Part shown: positions 62,000 through 64,000 of the stretch, one piece after another
Layout of the letters: the number at the start of each line of letters is the position of its first letter
Position numbering within the stretch: position 1 is the first letter of the stretch
Source: Squalus acanthias
Taxonomy: Eukaryota
Direction of reading: 5' to 3'
Assembly (NCBI GenBank): GCA_030390025.1
Contig: CM059432.1
Span: forward strand, 117,988,001-118,052,000
Length of the DNA: 64,000 bases
Notes under the pieces: model-generated
What the model was told of the DNA's origin: nothing
Database searches by the model: none
The model's input: the letters and a program-made list of their open reading frames with translations, nothing else
Translations under genes and position numbers: made by a program

Positions 62000-62625
62000 A
62001 AATGAAATTCCGCGGGAGGTTAGCGGCAGCGCTACCTGGTATTGCCCCGATCTTCTGCGCCCAGAGATCATGATGTCATCTCCGAGCGCAGCGCCCCAGT
62101 AGCGCCTTGGGAGAAAAATTCCTCCTCGCGCCCCACAGCAGCGCCGGGCGACCAACTGCTGCAGGGGTCGCGAACAGTGAGGCTGGCTGCTCGCCGGGCG
62201 CCATTTAAAGGCACGGTGGCCGGCCGACATGAAGAAAACCACCAATTTTTGAGCACCAGACGCGGGTTGAGTGCCGGGCTGATCACGTGGCACTCCCACA
62301 CCCCAGTGCTCCAGCAGATGCCAAAACAAATGCAGAGCTCGCAGCGGGGAGCCTTTCCCTTTAATTGAGGGAAGAGCCCCTGCAACGTGGCAGCGCCAGG
62401 TGAGGCCACATGTGGCGCTGCTGAGCACATCGCCCTGATTTGGGACATTCCCCGTCCTCTTGCGCTCCAAGAGGCATGTGGAGCGCTTGATTTAGCTCTC
62501 CACTTCCCTCTTGGAGCAAAAAATGGGAATTTCTCAAATGTTTGAAAAGGTTAGCGGCTGGTGCTAACTTTTCAAACATTTTTGACTTAGCACCTCAAGT
62601 GGCCCTCTAGGGGAATTTCTCCCCC
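62000..62625. mobile_element. GC-rich Harbinger-like fragment
   Basis: Ends gaatttctccccc, resembling the Harbinger TIRs. CpG-rich. Left end unclear. Confidence 0.4.
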
Positions 62626-62648
62626 AGAGAGTTTAGGCACAGAACCAA

Positions 62649-63540
62649 GGGGGAGAAATTCAGTATTGCCCCATTTGGGGCACAATTATCGGCCGGGCGC
62701 AAAGATTAGCGCCTGGCGCTAATTATCGCCACCGACTGCAAACTTGACTTTTATCGCCCCTGGAGGTGATTGCAGCGCTATATCAGGCACTTCACACCTG
62801 TCTTAGGCGCAAAGGCCGAGGAGCGAGGCACTACCTCAGAGCGCTGGCGAAGCTCATGTAATGTCAGTCAGCAATGGAACACAGACACAATGGCACGGGC
62901 CAGTTCTTAAAGGGGATGGTTAATCTTGCTTTCCATCCACATCCTGTTCATTGCAGCCTTGAATCTCGGCCTGGAGAGACCTGCACATCAAATGTGCTGG
63001 AAAGAACAATGGAGAGTACCAGGCAAAGAGCTCAGAGTGCAGCCCCCACAGTCTCTGCTAAATCGATACAAGGAATGGCAAATCAAAATGAACCTGCAAA
63101 GTGCTGCTCAGTACCCAAAACTCCTTCACACAACGTTGAATCTCTCCAGAAGTCTCTCCCTCTCTCTCTCAGAATGCGTAGTTCAAAAATGGCACCAACA
63201 ATAAAAGGCAGGAAGCGTTCACCTTTAAATAGCGCTCCCCCTTTCCCTTCATGACTGCAGAACGCTCCCCTCAACCTGTCATTGCTAGCGTCAGGCGGTA
63301 AGGCAGGGGGCGCCACTCAATATCCGCTCCGGGGCGATACCGGGGCGTTGCACACTCGAGTGATGTCATGATCTGCCGGCGCAGGAGATCGTGGCGGTAG
63401 TGTTTAGCGCCGCCGCAAAATGTCTAGTTAATTTCGCGAGCGGCGCAAACTTCGCCGCACCTGGGCGCTCGATGCTTTGCGCCCCATTAGCGCCCTCTTA
63501 AGGCACTAACGGGAGGCGCAACCAACTGAATTTTTCCCCC
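62649..63540. mobile_element. Non-autonomous Harbinger (892 bp)
   Basis: TIR GGGGGA(G/A)AAATTCAGT, CAA TSD. Closely similar to 41563-42457. Confidence 0.92.
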
Positions 63541-64000
63541 CAAGTCTCTAATTATGCACAGGGATAGTGCTGGAGTTTAACAAGCTAAAACCATGCAACT
63601 TAACAGCAAAGAGCACTGGGAAGTTTTCTGAAGCTTGCCTAGTCAGGACCACCCTGCCCTTGAGGTTAAGAAAGATTCTGACCCATTAGGATGTCATACA
63701 AAGATATAACAATTATCTACTTTGCAGGGTCTGTGCTCTGTGCAAAAGGACATCCGTCGTACATCACTGGAGCTAGGGCTTGATTATGCTCTGGGGTATC
63801 CAAGTGAAGAGATCACCTAACTTTAAGACACTTACATTGGGCGGCATTGATCCACATGGAGTTCTGTTGTTGTGTGGCATAAGATTGCTGTACATTGTAG
63901 CATCAGTTTGGTTTTTATCAGTGCAAAATATATGAAAAGAAAACCACTAATTGTGGGGGAGTCCAAAGCTAGGGGCCATAAATGTACGACAGTCACGAAT

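Overview
Eukaryotic, repeat-saturated DNA with no recognisable host gene. The repeat families (Deu-type SINE, CR1, L2, RTE, Penelope-derived inserts, many Harbingers) suggest a cartilaginous fish, which is an inference. The main element is a ~12.7-kb endogenous retrovirus on the minus strand (14585-27250). It has ~1.67-kb LTRs, a tRNA-Arg-like PBS that overlaps the probable gag start codon, a UGA-CUA gag-pol readthrough junction, and a pol with two RNase H domains. Its env has paramyxo/pneumovirus F-like architecture (lokiretrovirus-like) and an apparent V-type immunoglobulin domain at the N-terminus. The window also holds one apparently intact two-gene PIF/Harbinger transposon (29678-33870), three ~0.89-kb non-autonomous relatives and five decayed Harbingers. 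There are four same-orientation solo LTRs of a second family, each with a 4-bp TSD, and two Penelope-type inserts with minimal hammerhead ribozyme motifs. Nested CR1, L2, RTE and SINE insertions fill much of the rest. All family assignments come from motif recognition by eye; no searches were run.
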